From Desulfuromonadales bacterium (GTDB lineage Bacteria; Desulfobacterota; Desulfuromonadia; Desulfuromonadales; JACZKF01), in assembly GCA_029289095.1 (NCBI GenBank), contig JARFUG010000002.1, positions 50,880 through 114,879 on the forward strand: a stretch of 64,000 nucleotides of DNA, written 5' to 3'. Positions 1 to 9,241 of this stretch are shown piece after piece. Under the pieces are notes generated by a model. The model ran no database searches, had not been told where the DNA came from, and worked only from the letters and a program-made list of their open reading frames with translations. Positions within the stretch are counted from its first letter, which is position 1; each line of letters starts with the position of its first letter. The translations under genes and the position numbers were made by a program.

Positions 1-173
1 CCCCCCTCGTCATCGTTGATGAAGACAGAAGCGGTGATGTGCATGGCGTTGCATAGCAGCAGCCCCTCGCGAATGCCGCTATCGACGAGACAATCAAGAA
101 TCTGCGGGGTGATGTTGAGAAAGCCCCGGCGCGCGGGGACGTGGAACCAGAGTTCCTTCCGATACGATTTCAT
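1..173 (-). CDS. YjbQ/UPF0047 family protein (secondary thiamine-phosphate synthase-like). Only the N-terminal 57 codons are present; the gene runs off the left edge.
   Basis: My own minus-strand translation from ATG 171-173 gives [57 protein letters not shown], with no stop before position 1. The [15 protein letters not shown] block is the family signature as I recall it. Confidence 0.6.
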   Translation of the reverse strand, partial: MKSYRKELWFHVPARRGFLNITPQILDCLVDSGIREGLLLCNAMHITASVFINDDEG

Positions 174-215
174 CCGAGCCTCCTGGAAGTCCCGAGGGCA
201 AAGGCGAAGAGCGGC

Positions 216-620
216 TCAACCCACCTGGATCAGCTCGATCTTGTAGCCGTCCGGGTCTTCGACGAAAGCGATCTGGGTCGTCCCGTGCTTCATCGGACCG
301 GGCTCGCGCACCACCTTCCCGCCGGCCTTCTTCAGTTCATCACACAAGGAGTAAATGTCGCTCGCGCCAATAGCGATATGGCCGAAACCGTCGCCGATCG
401 CATACGGCTCTGTGCGACTCCAGTTATGGGTCAGCTCGATCACCGCCTGGGATTTTTCATCGCCGTAGCCGACGAACGCCAGCGTGAACTCACCGGCGGG
501 ATAGTCGTTTTTGCGAAGCAGCTTCATCCCCAGGATACGGGTGTAGAAATCGAGGCTGCGCTCCAGATCGAGCACCCTGATCATCGTGTGCAGAACGCGA
601 AAGACTCTCTCCTCGGCCAT
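216..620 (-). CDS. gloA: Lactoylglutathione lyase (glyoxalase I)
   Basis: ORF 216..749 trimmed to ATG 618-620. The product MAEERVFRVLHTMIRVLDLERSLDFY...GFGHIAIG...VEDPDGYKIELIQ is a typical GloA of about 134 aa. Confidence 0.9.
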   Translation of the reverse strand: MAEERVFRVLHTMIRVLDLERSLDFYTRILGMKLLRKNDYPAGEFTLAFVGYGDEKSQAVIELTHNWSRTEPYAIGDGFGHIAIGASDIYSLCDELKKAGGKVVREPGPMKHGTTQIAFVEDPDGYKIELIQVG

Positions 621-803
621 TTGCGGGCTCCTTTCTATATGACGGCTACATTGTAGAAACATAAGAATACCATGGAAGATTCCCCGAGCGAGGCGCCCTG
701 CTGCAATCGAACGCTCCCTCCCACACCCTCTTTGGCCGCCATTTTGCATACTTCAGCGCGCAGCGGTATTGTCATCCCACTGAAATCTCATCAGGAGCAG
801 AAG

Positions 804-1475
804 ATGGAAAAGCATTCCCATTCAATCGGCGCGCATCCTGCCACAGTGTTGTTGCACCTTTTCATCACAGGGTTGGCCGCGCTGCTCTTTTCGGGCTGCG
901 GAAAGACCGTCACCGAAACCGTCCCCCCAAGAGTCGACCTGAAGGTCTACCCCGTCATCGGTGTGGTGGAGTTCGTCGGGACTCCTGCCGAGTTGGGACC
1001 GGACAGCACGCAGAAGTTCATGAGTCGCTTGCAGTCGGCACAAAGAGGGGTTCGGCTGCTGGAACTGGGTCCCCTGGACCAGGTCTTGCGCGCCGTCGGA
1101 CACAGCGAACTCGATTTTCAGGCGATTCGAGCCATCGGCCGCGAGTATGGCGTTGATGCGGTATTGAGCGGTACGGTCTCCTTTTCGGAGGTGCGGCCCG
1201 ACATCAAGGTATCGCCCACACTGACCTCCATTTCCGCCCAGGCCAAGATCGACGCGAAGATGAGCGCCCGATTGTGGGATGCCGCCAGCGGTGCGACCGA
1301 CTGGACCAACTCCTCCTGGGGGAACTGGCCGGTGGGCGGAATCACCCTCAGCGATAATGGGCCGACCAGGGCGGTTCTGAGCACCCCGGCGGAACAGCGA
1401 GACAAGATCCTGATGGCGCTGATCAATGCTCTGGATCGCGACTTCAGGCCGACCTACGTCAAAAGGAAGCTGTAG
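804..1475 (+). CDS. Hypothetical lipoprotein
   Basis: ORF 672..1475 trimmed to ATG 804, with AGGAG at 793-797. The N-terminus ends in the lipobox LFSGC. I recognise no family. Confidence 0.6.
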   Translation: MEKHSHSIGAHPATVLLHLFITGLAALLFSGCGKTVTETVPPRVDLKVYPVIGVVEFVGTPAELGPDSTQKFMSRLQSAQRGVRLLELGPLDQVLRAVGHSELDFQAIRAIGREYGVDAVLSGTVSFSEVRPDIKVSPTLTSISAQAKIDAKMSARLWDAASGATDWTNSSWGNWPVGGITLSDNGPTRAVLSTPAEQRDKILMALINALDRDFRPTYVKRKL

Positions 1476-1507
1476 CAGACAAAATCCCGCACCGAACGGG
1501 ACACTGT

Positions 1508-2191
1508 CTAGGACACCTTGCGCAGAACGATATCGAACTGTCCGAAGAGTGCGGAGAGATCGGCATCGGACGGTCCGACGCCGAAGGAAACCGTAACCCG
1601 CTCCCGCTCGGCCGGGCTAAGGGATCGGCGGATGTAATCGGCATCGTTGAGAGCCTCTCCGGCGAAGTACATCTGAGTAATCAGCTCGTGATAGCCTCGC
1701 CGGGCGACGCGGAAATGGATGTGCGGCGGCCTGATCCACCCTTGCGCATCTGCCGGGTAGGGACCGGGCTTGATCGTTTTGAACCCATAGAAACCTTGCG
1801 GATCGCTGAGCACCCTTCCCCACCCCTGAAAGTTGGGGTCCAAGGGACGCGGATTGTTGGCATCGCGCTCATGTTCGTAGCGCCCCATGGCATTGGCCTG
1901 CCAGATTTCCACCATGGCATCCTCGATGGGGCGACACTCTTCATCCATCACCTGACCACGCACAAGGATCACCTCTCCCGCCGCCCGCTCCGCTCTCCCC
2001 TCGACCCGCGTCAGATCGAAATCCTCGTCGCTGCGCCGACGCGTCGGATAAAACGGGCCGGCCACCTGCCTGGGGGTGGGGTCCGGACACGACGCAACGG
2101 CCGGACGCGCCCCGGCGCACAGCAGAGTCGCAGCACCCACAAAACCGGCCGCCAGCACAGAGCGCCGGGAGACTATCGCATCATTGGACAT
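1508..2191 (-). CDS. Intradiol ring-cleavage dioxygenase family protein (protocatechuate 3,4-dioxygenase beta-like) with a twin-arginine signal
   Basis: ORF 1508..2416 trimmed to ATG 2189-2191, with GGAGGAG just upstream. It has the TAT-like signal SRRSVLAAGFVGAATLL. The core motifs are GPFYP, IWQANAMGRYEHE and PHIHFRV. Confidence 0.8.
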   Translation of the reverse strand: MSNDAIVSRRSVLAAGFVGAATLLCAGARPAVASCPDPTPRQVAGPFYPTRRRSDEDFDLTRVEGRAERAAGEVILVRGQVMDEECRPIEDAMVEIWQANAMGRYEHERDANNPRPLDPNFQGWGRVLSDPQGFYGFKTIKPGPYPADAQGWIRPPHIHFRVARRGYHELITQMYFAGEALNDADYIRRSLSPAERERVTVSFGVGPSDADLSALFGQFDIVLRKVS

Positions 2192-2214
2192 GACTCCTCC
2201 TTTCCTTGGCGTAT

Positions 2215-2973
2215 TCACACCTTTCCCACGGGGGCGAGATAGATGGCGAACTCCTCCGTCCCGTCCACACCCAGAAGACCGTCCGTGAGATCCTGATCGT
2301 AGGCGGCGATGGCGCAGGCGCCGGCGCCGATCGCCTCGCAGGCCAGGTAGAGATTCTGGCAAAGATGACCGGCGTCCAGGGCGATCACCTTGTAGGATGC
2401 CTCCGCGTAGCGCCATTCGGTGCGGGCAGGAAGCGCCGTCCAGATGAAGGTGACGGCCCCCTGTGCGGCAAAGCGCTGGCCGAGGGTGGCGGCGGCGAGC
2501 CGCGATGGCAGCTCGGGAACTTCCCTCTCCAGGACGAGAGCGTGGTCGAGGGGGAGGTAGCGATAGAGCGCGGGTGAGAGTCCATTGACGTCGAGCACGG
2601 CCAGATACGTCTCAAAAGGGTGACGGCACCCGGCCGAGGGAACGGTGCGCAGCACGGCCGCCTCATGCAGCCGAGCCCGCACCCCCTGCACCGACCAAAG
2701 GAGGAAGGAGAGCTCTTCGAGCGAGAGCGATGCGGCACGGAAACGGCGGCGGCTTTCGCGGCGGCCCAGGGCGGAGGTGAGATCGCAAGGGGGGATCCGC
2801 CATGACTCCGGGGGAGGGAGGGAGATGAGCGTCGCCCCTTCCGGTGCAGGCTTCTGGACAGGAGGCGGCGCCAAACCGCGCGCCTGGGCTGTGGCGCGCC
2901 AGTCGATCTCCCGCCTGATGCGGTCGGTCAGAAAATGGCGGCCCGATTCCCTGGTGATTGACGGACGTTTCAT
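2215..2973 (-). CDS. SagB/ThcOx-type nitroreductase-fold dehydrogenase
   Basis: 252 aa with LEELSFLLWSVQG, PSAGCRHPFETYL and DAGHLCQNLYLACEAIG. Its stop lies 23 nt upstream of the dioxygenase start, so the two are probably co-transcribed. Confidence 0.75.
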   Translation of the reverse strand: MKRPSITRESGRHFLTDRIRREIDWRATAQARGLAPPPVQKPAPEGATLISLPPPESWRIPPCDLTSALGRRESRRRFRAASLSLEELSFLLWSVQGVRARLHEAAVLRTVPSAGCRHPFETYLAVLDVNGLSPALYRYLPLDHALVLEREVPELPSRLAAATLGQRFAAQGAVTFIWTALPARTEWRYAEASYKVIALDAGHLCQNLYLACEAIGAGACAIAAYDQDLTDGLLGVDGTEEFAIYLAPVGKV

Positions 2974-3496
2974 AGGGCGCCTGTCTGGAGTGCAAGGAGG
3001 TGATTTTCGGGGGCTGTCAGATCAATCCTACTCGATTTGAAGTGGTCCACCCAGTCCCAGGCCAGTGGACAGAGGAATTTTTCACATCTACAACGGTTTC
3101 AAACCGAGGTAGTCTGGGCCACTTGAAAATCTGACCGCGCTTGATGAGCCCGCTTGAGCCCATGAGGATCGGAGTGAGAGCCAGAAATCGACAAGGTTTA
3201 CAAATAGTCGACTTTTGATTTTTCAGAAAAATAATACTGCTCTCAGGGTGGTACTTTCAAAGTTGGAGCAAATCGTTTGCCGTGAAAGAAAGGGGTGCCA
3301 GCAGTGGCGGGTGAGGTCGCCTTGCTATCTGGCCCAGTGGAGGTCTATTTCAATGTGCCGTGCCGTCGATGTTGTCCGAAAATCGAGATTCCGGCCCCGC
3401 TACAGTCCAGGGAACAATTGATTAGTTTGTAACCTTCAACGCGCCTAGCCAACCCTCCGGGGTGGGCATTGCAAGGTTCGCGGCACGCGGTGGTGA

Positions 3497-3925
3497 TCAG
3501 ATCAGGATTTCTTCCAACGCTTTCCTGATGGTTGATGGGATCGGAACGGATTTGTTTGCACCCCGATCTACGAACACATGCACGAAGTGCCCATGTGCCG
3601 ACGCAGTCTGCTCTCCTTGCTTGAATATGCCAATGCCGTACTGCACCGAACTGTTGCCGAGTCGATCGACCCTGAGCCCTGCCTCCAACTGATCGGGGTA
3701 TCCCACCGGGGACAGGTAATTGCATCCCGAATTGACCACAAATCCGACGACCTTTCCGTTTTGAATGTCCAGACCTCCTTTTTCAATCAGGTAGCGATTG
3801 ACTGTGGTATCGAAATACGAGTAATAGACAACGTTGTTGACGTGGCCATACATATCGTTGTCCATCCATCGAGTAGCGACCGGATAAAACACTCTGTAGT
3901 CGCCGCGTTCAGATCGCTTGTCCAT
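3497..3925 (-). CDS. Acyl-CoA thioesterase, hotdog fold (4HBT/YbgC-like)
   Basis: 142 aa. The motif RWMDNDMYGHVNNVVYYSYFD is typical of the family. Confidence 0.8.
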   Translation of the reverse strand: MDKRSERGDYRVFYPVATRWMDNDMYGHVNNVVYYSYFDTTVNRYLIEKGGLDIQNGKVVGFVVNSGCNYLSPVGYPDQLEAGLRVDRLGNSSVQYGIGIFKQGEQTASAHGHFVHVFVDRGANKSVPIPSTIRKALEEILI

Positions 3926-3976
3926 GGCACCTCTTTTATGTGTAATCTGAACGCCGCTCCACCCGCGGCTTGTAGC

Positions 3977-4180
3977 TTACCTCCCCCTTGAACGCCTCAC
4001 GGTGATTGTCTCACCACCTACCCCCCAGTTGTCCGTTTCAACCTCATCGATGACAACAACTGTTGTTGCTGGATTTTTCCCAAGGATGTCGACAAGCAAT
4101 TGAGTTACACCTTTGATCAGTTCGGCCTTCTGCTCGGATGTCGCACCCTCTCGGGTTATCTTGATATTCACGAACGGCAT
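3977..4180 (-). CDS. 4-oxalocrotonate tautomerase family protein
   Basis: 67 aa beginning MPFVNIKITREG (Pro directly after Met). Size and pattern match tautomerase-family enzymes. Confidence 0.8.
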   Translation of the reverse strand: MPFVNIKITREGATSEQKAELIKGVTQLLVDILGKNPATTVVVIDEVETDNWGVGGETITVRRSRGR

Positions 4181-4290
4181 CGTTTCCTCCTAGAGAAATT
4201 AAATCATAGCCAAATTCTCCTGAGCCTGCTGCAAAAAATCTCGCATTCGCAGAATTGCAGGAGACTCCCTTCGCCAACACTCACGAGGGA

Positions 4291-6129
4291 CTATTTCAGA
4301 AATTCTTCCAACTCCGGCGCGAAGGCCTCCCAAACTCGTTTGGAGAGTTCCCCGAAGAATTCAGGCGTGGCAATGCGGGGCAGCTTTATGTGCGGATTCG
4401 GAGATTCGAACACTTCGGCAGGCAGGGTATATTCTGCCTTGGTATAGCCTTGCCGGAGTTCCAGGGCGAGACCGCGCAGAAAAGCCCTGCGTACGGCGGC
4501 AGCCAGAGCTTCGGCGGTGACCTCCAAGCCCAAGTCGGCCTTCAGGCAGTCCACTACCATCTGGGTGCCGATCCCCTTTGTGATGTCGAAAAACTTGCAC
4601 AGGCCGATCATATCGAAACCGACAATGTTCAGCTTCTCCTGGGTAATCGCCTTGACCCAGGACTCGACGTCTGACTTCCCTTCCCGGATCAGAGTCCCAT
4701 AAGTTCCCATTGACATGTGGCCGCCGGCGATGGCCCAAGCGTACCCAGGGTTGGTTTCCGGCAGATAAGCCGCAAGCTCCAATCCCTTCACATGGTAGGC
4801 ATAGGCGGTCTCACCGGTGCTCTCCGAAAGGCGCCTGGATCCTCGGCCGATCGCCGGCAACCGGCCTTCGCCGGTCTGGACGATCAGTTCACGGATTTTT
4901 TCGTAGTCGCCGAAGGTGGCGCCGTTGAGGATCGGCTGCTCCGGGTGGCGCTCGTTGAAGGCAAGAGCATAGGAGATCGTCACACCCAGGGAAATGGCGT
5001 CCATTCCGAAGTTGTCACCCAGGTGAATCAGGCTGGCAGCTTGGCCGGCATCGTGGATGCCGAGATTGGTGCTGAGCAGATTGAGTGGCTCGTAGTCGAA
5101 TTTTGCCAGGTATTTTCCGGCACTGCCGTCGGAATTCTTCTCGTAGATGTTGTTGTGACAGGTGATGCCGCAGCGAAAACAGGCCTCAGACTTGATGTGG
5201 TACTGTTTCTCCACATTTTCTCGGAACAGTCGATCGGGCAGATCGTTGCCCTGCGGGCGAAAATTGTTGATCGGAACCGCATGGAACCCCTGCATTACAT
5301 CGTAGGCGGCCCAGGTGCCCCCTCCGCCTCCGCGGCTGATCGGCTGCAGGCGGGCAGAGCCGCCCCCCCTGACGACGTTGATATTGACCTTCTTCACCGC
5401 ATCGGTGAAAGGGGGCAGTCTGTCGCGGCTCTGTGCCACCAGGGCGACAACGTTCTTGTAGCCCATCAGGCTCCCCATCCCGCCGCGGCCGGCGAAGCGG
5501 CACTTGTCGTCGCCGGAGCGCAGTTGGTTTTCGGTGGAGAGGGCCACTGCACCCATGTAGACATTTTCCCAGTTCTCGCCGGCCGGGCCGATGACGGCGA
5601 AGTGGGCGTTCTCGTACTGTTTCTGCAGGGCCATTATTTTTTCGTGAGTAGTGAGGCCGAGCAGATGCCCGGCCGTGCGCAGTTCGACGTGCGGGCCTTG
5701 CTCGCCATCGCGGATGAGGGCATAAACAGGTCCTTTCGAGCGGTTTTCAAAGACCAATTCGTCGAGTCCGGTCCACTTGAATTTGGCGCCGAATTTGCCG
5801 CTTCCGGCTGACCACATGGCTGCCGGAAGCCCCTTGCTGGAGGCTTTGAGCGGGCTGTAACCGGAGAAATAGGTGCGCATGCCAGTCATGGCATTGCTGC
5901 CGGTGAGTAGGCCGGTATTGACAATCAGCGGGTTCTCGTCGCAATAGGCGGTGGTGATCCATCGCTTGGCCAATTGCTGAAAAGAGCGACCGAAACCGCC
6001 GAGAACCTCTTCCAGGTTGCGGCAGGGGACTTCCTCCATGGTGATTTTTCCACTGCTCAGATCGACGGTGCAACGCCGGTAGAAAATCTTCGAGGGCTCC
6101 CCTACAGGATCGGTGGTCAGAATCTTCAT
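4291..6129 (-). CDS. Aldehyde:ferredoxin oxidoreductase (AOR) family, tungsten/molybdopterin enzyme
   Basis: 612 aa that reads as AOR family over its full length. GGAGA lies 7 nt upstream of the ATG. Confidence 0.85.
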   Translation of the reverse strand: MKILTTDPVGEPSKIFYRRCTVDLSSGKITMEEVPCRNLEEVLGGFGRSFQQLAKRWITTAYCDENPLIVNTGLLTGSNAMTGMRTYFSGYSPLKASSKGLPAAMWSAGSGKFGAKFKWTGLDELVFENRSKGPVYALIRDGEQGPHVELRTAGHLLGLTTHEKIMALQKQYENAHFAVIGPAGENWENVYMGAVALSTENQLRSGDDKCRFAGRGGMGSLMGYKNVVALVAQSRDRLPPFTDAVKKVNINVVRGGGSARLQPISRGGGGGTWAAYDVMQGFHAVPINNFRPQGNDLPDRLFRENVEKQYHIKSEACFRCGITCHNNIYEKNSDGSAGKYLAKFDYEPLNLLSTNLGIHDAGQAASLIHLGDNFGMDAISLGVTISYALAFNERHPEQPILNGATFGDYEKIRELIVQTGEGRLPAIGRGSRRLSESTGETAYAYHVKGLELAAYLPETNPGYAWAIAGGHMSMGTYGTLIREGKSDVESWVKAITQEKLNIVGFDMIGLCKFFDITKGIGTQMVVDCLKADLGLEVTAEALAAAVRRAFLRGLALELRQGYTKAEYTLPAEVFESPNPHIKLPRIATPEFFGELSKRVWEAFAPELEEFLK

Positions 6130-6162
6130 GCTTTCATCTCCTTGCAGGTGCGCCAGTCGGAT

Positions 6163-6328
6163 CTAGTGCCCCGTGCGGCTAATCGTGTCCTCTAGGTCTG
6201 GTCTTTTCGGCGCTGTTTGCGTTGCGCCAACTTGACTTAGCGCATGGCTAGGCCTGCGTTGGCGACGCCTTGACAGCACCAAAAATACCTCAGAACTATT
6301 TGACGCGACTAACCGCACGGGACACTAG
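6163..6328 (-). repeat. 23-bp inverted repeat enclosing about 120 nt between the MoaD-like gene and AOR. It is a predicted minus-strand RNA stem or MITE-like insert.
   Basis: The arms are 6163-6185 (CTAGTGCCCCGTGCGGCTAATCG) and 6306-6328 (CGACTAACCGCACGGGACACTAG). 20 of 23 positions are complementary. The 3 differences are G-U wobbles on the minus-strand RNA and C-A mismatches on the plus strand. The right arm contains the MoaD-like stop codon. Confidence 0.6.
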
Positions 6329-6573
6329 CCGCCATCCAGAAGGGGGAATAGCGCCAGAGTATCGCCATCCCCCAGGACAAAATCCGTTCCAACATGCACA
6401 TCATTGACGACGACGATGCCCAGCAGGTGCTCGGGCAGTTGCAGGTCCGCAACCAACTCCCGAACGGTTACGTTTGTGGGATAGAGAATCAAGTTTTCCC
6501 TGAACCGGTCGATGCGGAAGATTCCGGCCAGCTTGACCCGGATGCTGATGCCATCTGAATATGAGGAATTCAA
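6325..6573 (-). CDS. MoaD/ThiS-family sulfur-carrier-like protein (C-terminal GG)
   Basis: ORF 6325..6639 ends ...GDGDTLALFPLLDGG. The start is uncertain. ATG 6639 would overlap the upstream ADH gene by 32 nt, and an in-frame TTG at 6573 is my preferred alternative. Confidence 0.6.
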   Translation of the reverse strand: MNSSYSDGISIRVKLAGIFRIDRFRENLILYPTNVTVRELVADLQLPEHLLGIVVVNDVHVGTDFVLGDGDTLALFPLLDGG

Positions 6574-6607
6574 GTCCCTGTCCCTTTTCCGGCCCCCCCC
6601 GAGACCG

Positions 6608-7762
6608 CTAAAGTGCACCCCGATAAATCTGCAAAGCATCCTCGTACCGGAGATCTCTTGGGTTGTTTACCAGGAGACGAGTTTGCAGCATGGCCGCCTC
6701 GGCGAGACCCGGAAGTGCCTGTTGGTCGATGCCCACCTGCTGTAAATGCGTTTCCAGGTGGATATCGATCATCAGTTCTTCCAATGCAGCAATGAGCATC
6801 TCTCCGGCCTCCAAATCACTGAGAAAGTCGGCCTCCCTGAACAGCTCTCGCGCCAATTCGGCATATTCGCGACTGGCAGCCGGAAGGTTGAACCGCATGA
6901 CATGAGGCAGAAGCAGTGCATTGCTCAGCCCGTGCGGCACATGGTATTGCCCTCCGATCGGATAAGCCAGAGCATGGACCGCCCCCACCGGCGCATTGGC
7001 AAAAGCCTGGCCGGCCAGCATGGCTCCCAACAGCATTTGGGAGCGCGCTTCGAGATCGGCGCCGTTTTTCACGGCTGCGCGAATGTTTTCGAAGAGCATT
7101 TTCAAGCCCGCCCGCGCAAGCACGTCGGAAATGGGGTTCTTCTTCAATTTTGTTGTATAGGCTTCGATAGCATGCACCATCGCATCTATCCCTGTCATGG
7201 CCGTAACCCTTGGAGGCAGTCCCGTGGTCAGGTTGGCATCGAGAAGGGCGATATCAGGCAGCAACTGGGGGGCGACCACCCCTTTTTTTTCATGTTCTCC
7301 GGTCGTGACGATGGCGATCGGTGTGACTTCTGAGCCTGTCCCGGCCGTGGTGGTTACCAGAATTAGAGGCAGGCGCTCCCCCTTGGCCATACCGACGCCG
7401 TAAATTTCCGGCAGAGCCTGTTTCGAACAACTCAGGAAGGAAACCAGTTTGGCCACGTCCATCGAGCTGCCGCCGCCGAAACCGATCACGCCATCAGCAC
7501 CGAATTCATGCGCCAACTCCATCGCATCCAGAATATTTTTCTCTGGAGGATCGGCCAATACATCGATGAAAACGGCGACTTCCACGCCGCCTGAGTGAAG
7601 CCCCTGCATTGCCTTATCCAACAACCCAGCCTTGGCAATACCTTGATCACTCACTAACAGCACCTTGCTCATCCCGAGACTAGCGGCAATCTCTCCAAGT
7701 CGGGAGGTGGCCCCAGTCTCATTGATAATGCAACGAGCTGTCTGAAATACGAAATTATTCAT
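6608..7762 (-). CDS. Iron-containing (group III) alcohol dehydrogenase
   Basis: 384 aa with GADGVIGFGGGSSMDVAKLV, a His-rich metal site (GIDAMVHAIEAY) and HALAYPIGGQYHVPHG. Confidence 0.9.
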   Translation of the reverse strand: MNNFVFQTARCIINETGATSRLGEIAASLGMSKVLLVSDQGIAKAGLLDKAMQGLHSGGVEVAVFIDVLADPPEKNILDAMELAHEFGADGVIGFGGGSSMDVAKLVSFLSCSKQALPEIYGVGMAKGERLPLILVTTTAGTGSEVTPIAIVTTGEHEKKGVVAPQLLPDIALLDANLTTGLPPRVTAMTGIDAMVHAIEAYTTKLKKNPISDVLARAGLKMLFENIRAAVKNGADLEARSQMLLGAMLAGQAFANAPVGAVHALAYPIGGQYHVPHGLSNALLLPHVMRFNLPAASREYAELARELFREADFLSDLEAGEMLIAALEELMIDIHLETHLQQVGIDQQALPGLAEAAMLQTRLLVNNPRDLRYEDALQIYRGAL

Positions 7763-7812
7763 TATGTGTTCTCCTCACCCACAAACAAGCTCCTGCTGTC
7801 AGGCAGTACGGA

Positions 7813-8466
7813 TCATAGAAAAGACTTTTCAGTGACATGGCCCCGTTCAATGACGAACACCTTGTCTACGAGCCCAACGGAGTGGGTGTAGTCCGACTCG
7901 GAAAGCAGGACCGACATCCCTTCAGCCTTGAGTGTGCCGAGGACCTCGACCAAACGCCGAGAGAGGGCAGGCGCAATCCCCTCGAATGGTTCGTCAAGGA
8001 GAAGCAGACGCGTTCCGCACATCAACGCCCGGGCGAGGGCGACAAGCTTTTGCTGTCCGCCGCTCAACTGCAGCGCCCGTCGAGAACGAAAGGCTCCCAC
8101 TTCCGGCATCAGTTCGTAAATCCAGGCCAGCCGAGCCCTGCTGTCTGGTATTTTGCTCGACCAAGCCGGGATCATGATGTTCTCCTCCACCGTCAACTCC
8201 GGGATCAATCGCCTGTCTTCGGGCATATATCCGAAGTGTTGCCGGACGCGTGCATGAGCTGGAACTGAGACCATGTTCTGATCCAGGCAGTGAATCGTCC
8301 CTGATACCGGCTGCATCAATCCCATGACGGTCCGCAACAGCGTTGTTTTGCCGGCGCCGTTACGGCCGATGAGACCTGCTATCTTTCCATCGGGAAGATG
8401 TAATGTGATGTCGCGAAGAATGGACGTTTTCTGAATATTGACGTGAAGATTTTTAATTCGCAGCAT
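7813..8466 (-). CDS. livF: Branched-chain/hydrophobic amino acid (HAAT family) ABC transporter, ATP-binding protein
   Basis: ORF 7813..8628 trimmed to MLRIKNLHV... at 8466. It has Walker A GRNGAGKTT and the signature LSGGQQ. It overlaps the upstream ATPase gene by 14 nt. Confidence 0.85.
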   Translation of the reverse strand: MLRIKNLHVNIQKTSILRDITLHLPDGKIAGLIGRNGAGKTTLLRTVMGLMQPVSGTIHCLDQNMVSVPAHARVRQHFGYMPEDRRLIPELTVEENIMIPAWSSKIPDSRARLAWIYELMPEVGAFRSRRALQLSGGQQKLVALARALMCGTRLLLLDEPFEGIAPALSRRLVEVLGTLKAEGMSVLLSESDYTHSVGLVDKVFVIERGHVTEKSFL

Positions 8467-9241
8467 AGCGCACACCTTCCGCTTGCTCCCGATGAAGTTC
8501 GGAACCGATGATGTACTCCCGAACCTGAGGATGGTTAAGAGCTTCCGTTGTATGGGCGTCGGCAATGATATGCCCGTCGTAAAAGGCGATGACCCGCGTG
8601 GCATAACGACTGACGATCTCCATGTCATGCTCGACGAACAGGCTGGCTGCGCCGGAGTTGATTACCGCTTTGATGACGGTATCCATCAGTCCGAATTTTT
8701 CTTCGATGGCCACTCCGCTGGTCGGCTCATCCAACAGAAGGAGGGAAGGGCGACCGACCATTGCCATGGCGATATCCAACAATTTGCGCACCCCCTGAGG
8801 AAGAGTCGATACCGGGGCATGGGCATATTCACCAATAAGGTAGTCATCGAGAGCAGCCTGTGCCGCCTGCAGATTGGCTTTTGTTTTCAGGGGGGAAAAG
8901 GGGTTGAAGAGGTTACCGCCCAGCATGCTGCAGGCAATGAGCATGTTCTCCAGTACGCTGAGTTCAGGAAAGAGTTGCGCCACCTGAAAAGAGCGACAGA
9001 TGCCTTCACGGGTGACCTGCCGAGGCGACAGACCCACCATTTCCTTTCCCCGGAACAGAATGCTCCCCTGGCTCGGCTTGAGATACCCCGTGACCATATT
9101 GATGAAGGTAGTTTTCCCGGCTCCATTCGAGCCAATGACCCCGACGATTTCGCCTTCGTGGATGGTGACATTGATATTCGCTGCCGCCGTTACTGCACCA
9201 AAGCTCTTGGCAAGGTCTCGGGTTTCGAGAATGATCGACAT
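8453..9241 (-). CDS. livG: HAAT-family ABC transporter, ATP-binding protein
   Basis: 262 aa with GSNGAGKTT and an LPQGVRKLLDIA...LLLLDEP layout. Confidence 0.85.
   Translation of the reverse strand: MSIILETRDLAKSFGAVTAAANINVTIHEGEIVGVIGSNGAGKTTFINMVTGYLKPSQGSILFRGKEMVGLSPRQVTREGICRSFQVAQLFPELSVLENMLIACSMLGGNLFNPFSPLKTKANLQAAQAALDDYLIGEYAHAPVSTLPQGVRKLLDIAMAMVGRPSLLLLDEPTSGVAIEEKFGLMDTVIKAVINSGAASLFVEHDMEIVSRYATRVIAFYDGHIIADAHTTEALNHPQVREYIIGSELHREQAEGVRYAAN

Noticed and set aside
2215-2973. The SagB-like gene, considered as a marker of a thiazole/oxazole-modified peptide (TOMM) cluster.
   Set aside because: No YcaO/cyclodehydratase, precursor peptide or transporter lies nearby. It is a stand-alone SagB/ThcOx-type nitroreductase-fold protein.
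3215-3421. A 68-aa plus-strand ORF in the 523-bp gap.
   Set aside because: It has no RBS, has odd composition and lies within an AT-richer non-coding spacer.
6130-6324. A possible Moco/tungsten-cofactor riboswitch in front of the AOR gene.
   Set aside because: I could not find the conserved Moco-motif blocks that I remember. The region is dominated by a simple 23-bp long-range stem. This remains open until cmsearch is run, but I am not calling it.
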